A stretch of DNA of 45,390 bases from Macrostomum lignano (taxonomy: Eukaryota), in contig NIVC01001906.1 in the NCBI GenBank assembly GCA_002269645.1, forward strand, positions 1 to 45,390. Reading direction: 5' to 3'. Positions 11,038-22,329 of the stretch are shown here, in pieces (the first letter of the stretch is position 1; each line of letters opens with the position of its first letter). The notes beneath the pieces are model-generated. The model saw nothing but the letters and a program-made list of their open reading frames with translations. It did not search any database and was not told the origin of the DNA. The position numbers and the translations under genes were made by a program.

Positions 11038-13169
11038 GACTGTCTGTCTGACTGTCTGTCTTTGTGCATGTCTGTCCGACTATCTGTTGGCATTCATCCA
11101 TTAAGATATATCTAGAAAACCTGTCAGCAAGTCAATACACACCCTGATCGCAATTTCGCCCCTCACACTGCCCCGCAGAGCGCTCCAGCCCTTTTCACCG
11201 GGCCCTCACGCAGCCAACATATCCGCTGGTTGAGAACGGCACGGCACTCCTGTATCCAACGGTGGACTTCGTATCGGCCAGGGGCATCGCTCTGGCATTT
11301 AATGTGAATAAAATCAGATTCAATTGGAGCTCGGCAGCGGGTTCCTACGAGGAGAGTCAGGTTAGTGCAGTGCCAGTGATACTAAGACACATAGGACACT
11401 AAGACACTAAAGACGGACGGACAGACAGACAGATAGACAGACAACGGACAGACAGAAAGACACACAGACAGACAGACAGACAGACAGGCAGGCAGATACA
11501 CAGACAGACAGACAGGCAGCCAGACAGACAAACAAACAAACAGATAGACAGACAGACAGACAGACAGACAAACAAACAAAAAGATAGACAGACAGACAGA
11601 CACTAAGACACTAAGACGTTAAGAGAGAAACTGTACATACATATGAATAGATACTACAAAAATGGCAGACGCTTAATCAATGCACACTCGAAACAATTAA
11701 AGCAGAAACACGTTTCTTCATTGTATCTAGCCGGTTATTTTGACAAATTTTCACGCCGTCAGGTTTATTACCGACTAATTAGATTGAAGTCGCACAACAC
11801 AACAGTTCTGGAGACGCCAATGCTAAGCATTACGACACAAGGATACGTACCAGCCATGCAGGGAGCTGGTGAGAGATTGAAAACTTGCATTTCTACTATA
11901 TGAGTAGCCAGCTAAGACATGGGTTTTTTATTAGATTTTTTCCTTGCAGGATTTTTTATCGAACTGCAATGCACCAATCTCATCTCCGGCATCACCGGAT
12001 TTGAGATGCACATGACTTTCTATTGGCCGCTGCTGGCCAATAGAAGAATGATTGTCATGCAGCGGCACTTTAAAAAGGCCTGCTTGTCAATGGGTGAGCG
12101 ATTTCCTTTAATTTCTGTCTAGTTCAGTAGTCTTGATTCTCTTGAGCAATAATCAATTTGTCTCTGATTCAAGCCAACGTATTTGTCCTAAGTCCAGTCA
12201 ATACATGTGGGCAATGACAATGTGTATTGGCTGTTGATTATTTCAAATAAGTCTGACCAATTCCACTGGTCTTTGAGAAAGTCCAATAGTCTCTGAGCAA
12301 GTCCAATAGTCTCTGACCAAATCCAATAGTCTCTGACCAAATCCAGTAGTCTCTGACCAAATCCAATAGTCTCTGACCAAATCCAGTAGTCTCTGAGCAA
12401 GTCCAGTAGTCTCTGAGCAAGTCCAATAGTCTCTGACCAAATCCAGTAGTCTCTGAGCAAGTCCAATAGTCTCTGAGCAAGTCCAATAGTCTCTGACCAA
12501 ATCCAATAGTCTCTGAGCAAATCCAGTAGTCTCTGACCAAATCCATTAGTCTCTGAGCAAGTCCAATAGTCTCTGAGCAAGTCCAATAGTCTCTGAGCAA
12601 GTCCAATAGTCTCTGACCAAGTCTATTAGTCTCTGAGAAAGTCCAATAGTCTCTGACCAAGTCCATTAGTCTCTGAGAAAGTCCAATAGTCTCTGACCAA
12701 ATCCATTAGTCTCTGAGAAAGTCCAGCAGTCTCTGACCAAGTCCATTAGTCTCTGAGAAAGTCCAGCAGTCTCTGACCAAATCCATTAGTCTCTGAGAAA
12801 GTCCAGCAGTCTCTGACCAAATCCATTAGTCTCTGAGAAAGTCCAGCAGTCTCTGACCAAGTCCATTAGTCTCTGAGAAAGTCCAGCAGTCTCTGACCAA
12901 GTCCATTAGTCTCTGAGAAAGTCCAGCAGTCTCTTCCTAACGAGAGCAACAGCACACATTACCGGACCCACCCGCAAAATTTGCATGCAGCGGACAAGCG
13001 CCGTCAAGCTCGCAAATGCCACTGCCGCAGCGAGTGCCGGCGTCAGCGCAAGAAGAATCGCCTCCGGCATCAGAGGCGACGATACCGCAAATGTCAGAAA
13101 CGATGCCAGAAGCGGTGCAGAAAATCGCCAAGCAGCTGCGGCATCAGTAGAAGCCCGTTTTGGCACTAA
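10653..13169 (+). CDS. Secreted WIF-domain protein (WIF1/shifted-like) without EGF repeats
   Basis: Exons 10653-10836, 11179-11360, 11763-11868, 11950-12093 join in frame (phases 1,0,1). Signal peptide, then [11 protein letters not shown]...YPLVENG...[12 protein letters not shown]...[29 protein letters not shown]...[13 protein letters not shown]...HFKKAC, which parallels the WIF domain and its two Cys. The last exon is ambiguous: 12910-13169 (basic, Cys-rich tail; 291 aa) or 12953-13347 (Ala-rich, then hydrophobic; 336 aa). Confidence 0.82.
10857..11080. repeat. (GTCT)n microsatellite in WIF gene intron 1
   Basis: Directly visible. Confidence 0.96.
11380..11625. repeat. (AGAC)n composite microsatellite with ACACTAAG variants in WIF gene intron 2
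   Basis: Directly visible; reverse-complement relative of the 1740-2880 array. Confidence 0.95.
12280..12935. repeat. 20-bp minisatellite (GTCCAATAGTCTCTGAGCAA) in WIF gene intron 4
   Basis: About 32 copies; the right end alternates two variants as a 40-bp dimer. Confidence 0.96.
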
Positions 13170-13641
13170 CGGAACAATGAGAACACTTGGACTCAACATT
13201 CGATTGCAACCCAGACAGTACCTCGTCAACAATCATTTTGTTGTAATACTACTGCTAATAGCAGCAAATATATCAATCTTTGTTGTATTAACTACCAATT
13301 GGGCAAACCAAAATAAACGATTCTATAGATTTGTTGAGTTTTTTTAAATGTAGATTAATTATTTGTAAATAGAGAAAATAGTTGAAAAAACAGTATATTT
13401 GAAATGAAATGTAATAAATGGGTTTCTAATTATAGGACTAATAATAAGTATAGTATAGTTGCTATAATGCCTACGATTTATTAAAATATTTTGCCACAAT
13501 AGAATATTTTATTTAAGAAGCACACGGCTACGTCATCCTACTAATAGTAGACGAAAAGTGTAAAAATGTATGTTTAATAAATTCTACGGAGGAATCTACA
13601 AAATAATGTTTTTAATAGTCACAGAAATCTCGCTAACGCAA

Positions 13642-16397
13642 TCACATCATGCTGTTGCCCTCGAACGGCCTACATCTGGCTGAAGCGAAATAGGCCTTCA
13701 GCCGGGGCCTCGATTCCATCTGCTGTTTAAATCGGGCCAACAACGGATAAGACGAAATATTGGCCTTCCAAGCGTCCGGGAACTGCGACTCTGTGGCGCG
13801 TAGCACGTGCAACAGGCACAGGTCTACGTAGGTTAAACTGTTGCCAAAACAGTACAGCGAATCGGCGCTCTCTGGCTTGTCAACATTGTTATAACGCAGA
13901 GTGGCTTCAAAGTGCGGCAGGAACTTTGGTATACGATTAGCAATGAAATAATCGATATAGGGCTGGGTGAACTCTTGCTGATTATAGTAGGTTTCGTAAT
14001 GATTTTTGCCGTGAAAGGCTAGCCGACCCTCGGCAATGTAGTCCATCACAGTGGTGCACAGCTGGTCAGCTCGGAATTGATCGGCCTCGCTGGCTGGGAA
14101 CAGGCCGAACTGTTTGCCCAGGTAGCGGCACACTGTGCCAGTCTGGCCGAGCTCGAAATCGCCTGCGGCAAGATTTGCAATCCCATAGAGTAAAGTAACT
14201 ATCATGCTTTCTATACTACTCACTTAAGTACATGTAGCCTACCATCAATCAATTTAACCGCCTGTTCATGATTGTCTAAGACTCTACAAATCTGCTTCAG
14301 TATTACTAGCTGCTCATTACTCCTTCCCGTTCTGCTCATGATTCTTTTTATCTGCTCATGATTCCTTCTCATCTGCTCATGATTCCTTCTTATCTAGTCA
14401 TGATTCCTTCTTATCTAGTCATGATTCCTTCTCATCTGCTCACGATTCCTTCTTATCTAGTCATGATTCCTTCTTATCTGCTTGATTCCTTCTCATCTGC
14501 TCATGATTCCTTCTTATCTAGTCATGATTCCTTCTCATCTGCTCATGATTCCTTCTTATCTAATCATGATTCCTTCTTATCTGCTCATTATTCCTTCTTA
14601 TCTGCTTTTGATTCCTTTTCATCTGCTCATGATTCCTTCTTATCCAGTCATGATTCCTTCTCATCTGCTCATGATTCCTTCTTATCTAGTCATGATTTCT
14701 TCTCATCTGCTCATGATTCCTTCTCATCTGCTCATGATTCCTTCTCATCTGCTCATGATTCCTTCTCATCTGCTCATGATTCCTTCTCATCTGCTCATGA
14801 TTCCTTCTCATCTGCTCATTATTCCTTCTGTAGTGATCCGCTAGTTGATGCTAGGCGTCCCACTTTGTCAGCAGTCTCCCTCGCCCTCGCCCTGGGTTGC
14901 TGTCTGCCGCTGGTCAGCTTCCCACCCCCCTTGGCCCGTCTGTTGCTGCCCTTGGCCTGTTCTGCCCTTCTGCGTCTCTGTTCTCGGCCCTCAGCTTCTC
15001 TGCTGTGGGCTGTCTCTGTTTCGTTCCCGTCCCGTTTTCCTCTGTCATGTGAGCAAGTCACATGACAGACTCTGCGTTCTTCGAGTCCTAAAGTGCAGTA
15101 AACATGTTTACTGCACTCGTTGGCCCTGTTTACCGGGAGAATCACGTGCTTTCGGACCCCTCCCTTCTCTAAGGAGAGGAGTGACTCATGTTGCTAAAAA
15201 TAGCAACTGAGTCACAGCCGCGTGTACTCTGGCCGGAGACCTCAAGTGACGTCAGTTCTAAAAATAGAACGAGTCACGAGGTCTTGCGCGCACTGAGACC
15301 CTGCCTCGAGATCTCAAGTGACGTCAGTTCTAAAAATAGAACAAGTCACGAGGTCTTGTGCGTGGGTGTTTCCCGGCTATAAATAGGACCCCTCTCCCCT
15401 TGTTTCCGTCAAGGAATTGATTGGCTTCTTATCTGCGGAGAATTCACTTAGATCCCGTGTGCGTCAGTGTCTAACTAAGTGCCCTTTGCGTACTGAATCC
15501 GTTTGTACTGGTCTGACTGAGACCCCACTAAAGCCCAAGCCTAAGGGAGGCTAACACTGCCTTCCCAGCCACCCCTGAGCCCGGCGGGGATCTGCTGATC
15601 AGGACGCCTTGTTCGTTAATCTGCAAATCTGCACGCTGTGCTGAGTTCGTTGACTTGTTTATTTCGTTCCGACGGGAAGCTCACCTCATCGAAGGCCGAG
15701 ACCTGAAGGAACTGGTGGCAGCACTACCTACGCTACTGAGCGTTGACAGAACTTCCCACTGAAGAGGCTCGAGTCATAAGGTCATCCGCAAGGGCCTAAT
15801 CCGGGAAGCAAACAGCCTGTACTTCACTGGTGGCAGCGGTGGGATTCAAAGACCTACCAGGCCACCCCGAGAAAACCCCATAAGTATTTCACTTCTTATC
15901 TGCTTATGATTCCTTCTCATATAGTCATGATTCCTTCTCATCTAGTCATGATTCCTTCTCATATAGTCATGATTCCTTCTCATCTAGTCATGATTCCTTC
16001 TTATCTGCTCATGATTCCTTCTCATATAGTCATGATTCCTTCTCATCTGCTCATGATTTTTCCCGCACTGCTCATGGGTCATGGCTGTTTCTATTTCTAT
16101 CTATACGTGACTGTGACTGCCTCTGCCAATGGCTGTTCTCACTGCTCAAAATCGTTTCCCTCTGTTTATTCTTTAAAAAAATATTTTACACTTATGCTCT
16201 CACTCACCCTTCTTTATCATAGGCACAGCGAACACGGGCCAACCAACCTTACTTTGGCCTTTAAATTTATCAGTCAGCGGCTGGGGATCGTTCACTTCTT
16301 TGTAGGCGACTCCGGCCTCTTCAAACATGAGGCGAACGAATTCGCCTCGACCGGCTAGAGGCCAGTACCAGAGCTCCCACTCAGCTTCGGATGACAT
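13642..16397 (-). CDS. Glutathione S-transferase (Tyr-type), 2 exons, 236 aa
   Basis: Exons 16397-16208 and 14162-13642; phase-1 intron, total 711 nt. WELWYWPLAGRGEFVRL, FAVPMIKKG-DFELGQT, LTYVDL, RPRLKAYFAS. Confidence 0.93.
14330..16060. repeat. 21-bp minisatellite (ATGATTCCTTCTCATCTGCTC) in the GST intron, split by a solo LTR (14330-14828 and 15892-16060)
   Basis: The same unit resumes in register after the insertion. Confidence 0.95.
14829..15891 (+). mobile_element. Solo LTR, 1063 bp (Ty3/Gypsy-like by 4-bp TSD)
   Basis: TG...CA termini (TGTAGTG / TATTTCA); 4-bp TSD CTTC; TATAAA at 15378; duplicated enhancer-like segment; no coding capacity. Orientation inferred from the TATA box. Confidence 0.8.
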
Positions 16398-16473
16398 GGC
16401 TTAGGCTGCTTGGGTACGCTGGAGCTGAAAAAGCAGGTTAGGAATGCTTTTAGTGTGAGAACATCACTAAAAT

Positions 16474-16892
16474 CAGTCAGTCAGTCAGTCAGTCAGTCAG
16501 TCAGTCAGTCAGTCAGTCAATCAGTCAGTCAGTCAGTCAGTCAGTCAGTCAGTTAGTCAGTCAATCAGTCAGTCAATCAGTCAGTCAGTCAGTCAGTCAG
16601 TCAGTCAGTCAGTCAGTCAGTCAGTCAGTCAGTCAGTCAGTCAGTCAGTCAGTCAGTCAGTCAGTCAGTCAGTCAGTCAGTCAGTCAGTCAGTCAGTCAG
16701 TCAGTCAGTCAATCAGTCAGTCAGTCAGTCAGTCAGTCAGGCAGTCAGTCAGTCAGTCAGTCAGTCAATCAGTCAGTCAGTCAGTCAGTCAGTCAGTCAG
16801 TCAGTCAGTCAGTCAGTCAGTCAGTCAGTCAGTCAGTCAATCAGTCAGTCAGTGAGTCAGTCAGTCAATCAGTCAGTCAGTCAGTCAGTCAA
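16474..16892. repeat. (CAGT)n microsatellite between UBE2U and GST
   Basis: Directly visible. Confidence 0.97.
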
Positions 16893-17135
16893 ATAAATCA
16901 ATTCCATCTGTGTTTGCTAGTAAAAAAAACTGAATTAGATAATATTTATCTTTAAGTTTGGACGGAACGCAATAACAGGAATTAGGAAAAGGAAAAGGTA
17001 ACACTAGTAGAAGTGAAAAAATAACGAAAATAAGTCTGTATCACAGCGCAACTTGTTCTCTGTTAAATAGCCCCCAATTCAGTCGAAAAGAACTTCAAAA
17101 TAGTAAGCAAACGGCAGTTTCTATGTAAGAATTGT

Positions 17136-20100
17136 TCAGGCCTTAATTCTCTCCGCCTCATCGTTGGGCAAATCTCGAGTCCACTGGACCAGGTCCTCAG
17201 CCTCCACTTCGTCTTCTTCATTGTCAAACTGATGCAGCTGAGAACGCTGATGAGGCGGCTGCGGCTGCTTTTTGATGTCGCTCATTAGAGACCGGCTTGT
17301 TGAGACGTCTGCATGATTTTTTTATCAGTGAATGACAATTCAGCAATTTTTGGTAAATCAATATTTCTATATCTAAGTGATTAAGTATCTGAGAAGATAA
17401 CCCAACAACTGAGGATCTGGGAGGCTGGCATAGCAACTGAGGATCTGGGAGGCTGGCATAGCAACTGACACTCTGGGAGGCTGGCCCAGCAACTGACACT
17501 CTGGGAGGCTGGCCCAGCAACTGACACTCTGGGAGGCTGGCCCAGCAACTGAGGATCTGAGAGGCTGGCCCAGCAACTGACACTCTGGGAGGCTGGTGCC
17601 CCAGCAACTGAGGATCTAGGAGGCTGGCCCAGCAACTGAGGATCTGGGAGGCTGGCCCAGCAACTGAGGATCTGGGAGGCTGGTGTCCCAGAAACTGAGG
17701 ATCTGGGAGGCTGGCCCAGCAACTGAGGATCTGGGAGGCTGGCCCAGAAACTGAGGATCTGTGGGGCTGGCCCAGCAACTGAGGATCTGGGAGGCTGGCC
17801 CAGAAACTGAGGATCTGGGAGGCTGGCCCAGCAACTGAGGATCTGGGAGGCTGGCCCAGAAACTGAGGATCTGGGGGGCTGGCCCAGCAACTGAGGATCT
17901 GGGAGGCTGGCCCAGAAACTGAGGATCTGGGGGGCTGGCCCAGCAACTGAGGATCTGGGAGGCTGGCCCAGAAACTGAGGATCTGGGAGGCTGGCCCAGA
18001 AACTGACCCTCTGGGAGGCTGGCCCAGCAACTGAGGATCTGAGAGGCTGGCCCAGCAACTGACACTCTGGGAGGCTGGTGCCCCAGAAACTGAGGATCTG
18101 GGAGGCTGGCCCAGAAACTGAGGATCTGGGAGGCTGGCCCAGAAACTGAGGATCTGGGGGGCTGGCCCAGCAACTGAGGATCTGGGAGGCTGGCCCAGAA
18201 ACTGAGGATCTGGGGGGCTGGCCCAGAAACTGAGGATCTGGGGGGCTGGTCCAGCAATTAATGAGATGAGATGAATCGAAGATGATAAAATATGTTTTTG
18301 CTAGAAATTCGAGAATCAGGATATTTACGAGCCCTGTGTAAACAGCGAGGTAAAAAAGATAAAAGTTCAGAAAAAACACTCACTGGAGGCGTGCCTCTGG
18401 GCCAAATAGATACGCCGCATCTGATCCAACCGCTCAAGATTTGATTCCAACTGTTTCTGCTGCTGTTTCTGCTTTGGCTGGCCAGAATTTCCGTATTTTA
18501 AACGACGGTGACTGAAGTTAATTGGCCAGCAAAAATTAAGATAGTTTCAAAAGTTATTAAGCTACTAATCTAGTAGGTAGTAGCTAGCCTGCACACTATT
18601 ACCTTTCAATCTTAGCTGACAAAGTGTCGGAGTGCCATATGGAAGCTGAAAAAAATTAAATGAGAAACATAATTAAACTTAATCTTAAATTCTGAATCCT
18701 ATAGACAAATACGTCGTATATATCCTGGTCCAACCACATAGACAAATGTACATTCGGCCCTCAAGTCCCATGCTAAAATGTACACTCTTTTCCTACCAAG
18801 CCTCAGACAAATGTACACCCTACCCTCAAGTCCCATATACACATGTACACTCTGGCCCCCAAGCCCCATAGATAAATGTACATTCTGCCCACCAAGCTCG
18901 ATCGAAAAATGTACCCTAAATGTCCCCAACCCCTATAAAACCGACCAGGATTGAACGGTTCTCGATCGACAGTCTTAGAAGTAGCCAATTTACTCCAATC
19001 GGCGTGGTACGTTTCAAAGCTAATCTTTCTTTGGGATGGTTTCTGCGGCTTAGGCGGCGGTCGGTTCAAATAGTCCAAATCGTATTCGATCTCTACGGGT
19101 TGACGCACACCGCCAGACGCATCGGGATTCTCGTCGTCGCCCGATGGAGAGAATGGTCGCAGCTTGTCTGGGGAGTCTGGAAGATTTAATTTGAAAATAA
19201 AAAAACTGAAATATACTTGTTAAACAAAGGTGTAACTAATTTAAGCATGGATTCATGTAAAGTCAGGTTTGAGTCAGGTTTCCTCAGATAATATTAAGAA
19301 ACAATATCCGATAGTGGTGGTGGTAAATAGCATGATTTCGAATAAAAATCACTTATCTAAGAAGTCATGTTAGTAATTTACTCTGACATTAATAGATTTC
19401 TTATAGTATTACTAATAAGGTAGATATGATTCCACAGTAATTAATAAAAGCTTCTATTAATGATAATCGGCGCACTTCCGCGAATTCAATAGCTTTTATT
19501 TTCATCTGTACTTAATTAACTGTTTTGTCAAAGTGACCTTTTCCATAGACAATGTACACTCTTGCCCTGCCCCTGCCAAGCCCCATATACAAATGTACAC
19601 TCTACCTTCAAGCCCTATAGACAAATGTACACTCTGCCCACAAAGCCCCATAGACAAATGTACACTCTGGCCCCCTAAGCGCCATAGTCCCATAGGCCCG
19701 GATGGAATGGGGTGGGTGAGTTTATTATCGATTAGCTGGTAGTCCACCAACCCGAGTTTCCTAACCTCCCGTCAACTTATATCTATCGCTGCTGGTCATG
19801 TACAGTCACAGGGGGTGGGTGGGTGTTTTTTTATCGATTTTATTATCGGCCTTAAACCTCTTTCCTACCCCGCCAACTTCACTTAATCGCTGCTGGCTAG
19901 ATGGGGGTGGGTGACTGTTTTATCGATCTGGTTGGGCCGTCAACCAATCCTTCCTCTACCCTAACTATATTTATCTTATCGCGAAAGTGCGAATGGGTTC
20001 AAGCAAAGTTAACGCGACCTTAATATTACCAACCAGCTTTTCATTTTATCTCGGTCTCAATGTATGTATGCGGGACTTTAAATATTGTGCTAATTTGGCT

Positions 20101-21902
20101 TGTATTCAACATCGTTAAATTAGCTAAAATACTGGCACATTCAACAAACAAACAAAAATAATTTTCTATTTCACTGAAAAAATTACACATAGAAACTACG
20201 ATGCCAGCTCGTAAAGGCTTTGCGGGCGGATTTGGTGGAGAAATGGCGACTTCTGTAGCTAAAAAGACAATAAATGTGATTCTTTATTAAAATTAAAACA
20301 TGATAATGTAGCTGAAAATGACAATAATTAACTAACACTAACCTAAAAAAACAAAATACAAGACGCGAACTCACTTTCAACAATTTGGCTCATTTGTACG
20401 CACTGAGCAACTACGCTTTTATATTGCTCATAATCAGTGCTCATCATTTCGGCAGCCTCGGGATTCAATATTAGCTGAGCATTTGGCTCAGTTAGCTGCT
20501 GTTGAATGCTGCTCAATAAATCGGCTAAAGAAACTGACGCGTTCCATTTCTGCGGATCGTCCAGATAAGGACATGCAACACGACCAGTGTCCGGTTCAAC
20601 TGCGAATGGCAAAGCGAAAATGTAGATTGGTACTAGGGATTGCAATCTCGGGATCCCGGGATCCCGAAATCCCGGGATTTGGGGTCCCGAATCCTTTTTA
20701 AACAAATTACTTTTATAATCAACGCACAAGTCGTAGGACTACTGTTAGTACTATAAAAATTAATGTTGCAGGTATTTTTTAACAGAGCTCTTGAAAAACT
20801 ACACAAAGATCAATAATAGCTCGCAATTAAACTAAACGAGTATTGTTTTGGTAATAAAATACATTTTTGACTGAACTAACCTCAGGTCATTACCCATTAC
20901 ATTACCCTAATACACCCTACTCACTAAGTAGTTAAAAAATAATCTTTGTTTGACCTAGAGGACATCTTAGCACTATATTAATAAATAATAAAAACATCTC
21001 TTACCATTAGGATGAAATGGCACAGTCACAAAATTAGCCTCAGGTGGCACATAATTGTAGCTCTCGGAGAATCTTAGTCTGAGCTTCAATACGCCACCGT
21101 CCCACAGAGTGTCTGGTAGGCCTTTGATCTTTGCCGACAGTGAAAATAGATTGCCGGCCCTGGTTGGATAGACTCGGATGCCCTGAATTTTGAAGGATTG
21201 GGCCGATTCCCAATGAGGTTAGAGGGCGATTCCCAATGAGGTTAGAGGGCGATTCCCAATGAGGTTAGAGGGCGATTCCCAATGAGGTTAGAGGGCGATT
21301 CCCAATGAGGTTAGAGAGCGATTCCTAATGAGGTTAGAGGGCGATTCCCAATGAGGTTAGAGGGCGATTCCTAATGAGGTTAGAGGGCGATTCCCAATGA
21401 GGTTAGAGGGCGATTCCCAATGAGGTTAGAGGGCGATTCCCAATGAGGTTAGAGGGCGATTCCCAATGAGGTTAGAGGGCGATTCCTAATGAGGTTAGAG
21501 GGCGATTCCCAATGAGGTTAGAGGCCGATTCCCAATGAGGTTAGAGGGCGATTCCCAATGAGGTTAGAGGGCGATTCCTAATGAGGTTAGAGGGCGATTC
21601 CCAATGAGGTTAGAGGGCGATTCCCAATGAGGTTAGAGGGCGATTCCCAATGAGGTTAGAGGGCGATTCCCAATGAGGTTAGAGGGCGATTCCTAATGAG
21701 GTTAGAGGGCGATTCCTAATGAGGTTAGAGGGTGATTCCTAACGAGGTTAGAGGGCGATTCCTAATGAGGTTAGATGGCGATTCCCGGTAGATTTCCAAA
21801 GTACTGATTCAATAGACTTACCTTAACAGGATTACGTTCAAATTTTAGCAATTCCTGTTCAATGAGCAGGTAAGCTCGGGAATGCACCACAGATGATGCC
21901 AT
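17136..21902 (-). CDS. UBE2U: Ubiquitin-conjugating enzyme E2 U-like, 7 exons, 352 aa
   Basis: Exons 21902-21822, 21182-21005, 20599-20375, 19176-18946, 18645-18603, 18511-18384, 17308-17136; phases all match, total 1059 nt. HSRAYLLIEQE, VPFHPNVEPDTGRVACPYLDDPQKWN, ISFETYHADWSKLATSK and EAEDLVQWT resemble UBE2U motifs as I recall them, in both the UBC domain and the tail. Confidence 0.9.
17400..18255. repeat. 28-bp minisatellite (GCTGGCCCAGCAACTGAGGATCTGGGAG) in UBE2U intron 6
   Basis: About 30 copies visible. Confidence 0.96.
18697..18925. repeat. Degenerate ~34-bp repeat (CCCATAGACAAATGTACACTCT core) in UBE2U intron 4
   Basis: About 6 diverged copies. Confidence 0.8.
19540..19690. repeat. 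Same ~34-bp repeat family in UBE2U intron 3
   Basis: About 4 copies of the CCCATAGACAAATGTACACTCT core, same orientation as 18697-18925. Confidence 0.8.
21205..21787. repeat. 23-bp minisatellite (GATTCCCAATGAGGTTAGAGGGC) filling UBE2U intron 1
   Basis: About 25 near-identical copies. Confidence 0.97.
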
Positions 21903-22329
21903 TGTTGCCTGCTTTTTTTGCCTCGTATTGTAGCTGAAATGAAACGACCGATCGAAAATGCACTGTCAAGACTGATCAACAAAAGGTGATTCATATTAGC
22001 GTATGCCTTTTTACTATCTGACATAGCAACTAGCTGGACAGATATCCAGGTGCTTTACTGTGTAAAAACGAAGCATATAGTATGAGGCCAAGTAGTTAAA
22101 TAAGACAGAGATAGCTGCTTTGTGTGCTCTCGTAAGCCTTGTACAAACAAAACTATTGTGTATACAGCATATATCGGACCGAGCACAATCTACCCTGCGA
22201 TAGAGAAAACGTATAGACAACGTATGCAGACTGCATCGAGACCTTTGCATACGATAGCATAGGCAGCTCGCAGCACCTAGCTATAGTTCGTGCTAATCTT
22301 TTTGCTAGACTTCTTACTTCTAATTCCAT

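Noticed and set aside
19720-19975. Three loose ~90-bp repeats (GGGTGGGTG..TTATCGAT..ATCGCTGCTGG)
   Set aside because: Too diverged to assign; probably an old tandem duplication with no sign of function.
21205-21787. Telomere-like GGTTAGAGGG motif
   Set aside because: It is part of a 23-bp unit inside an intron, not tandem TTAGGG.
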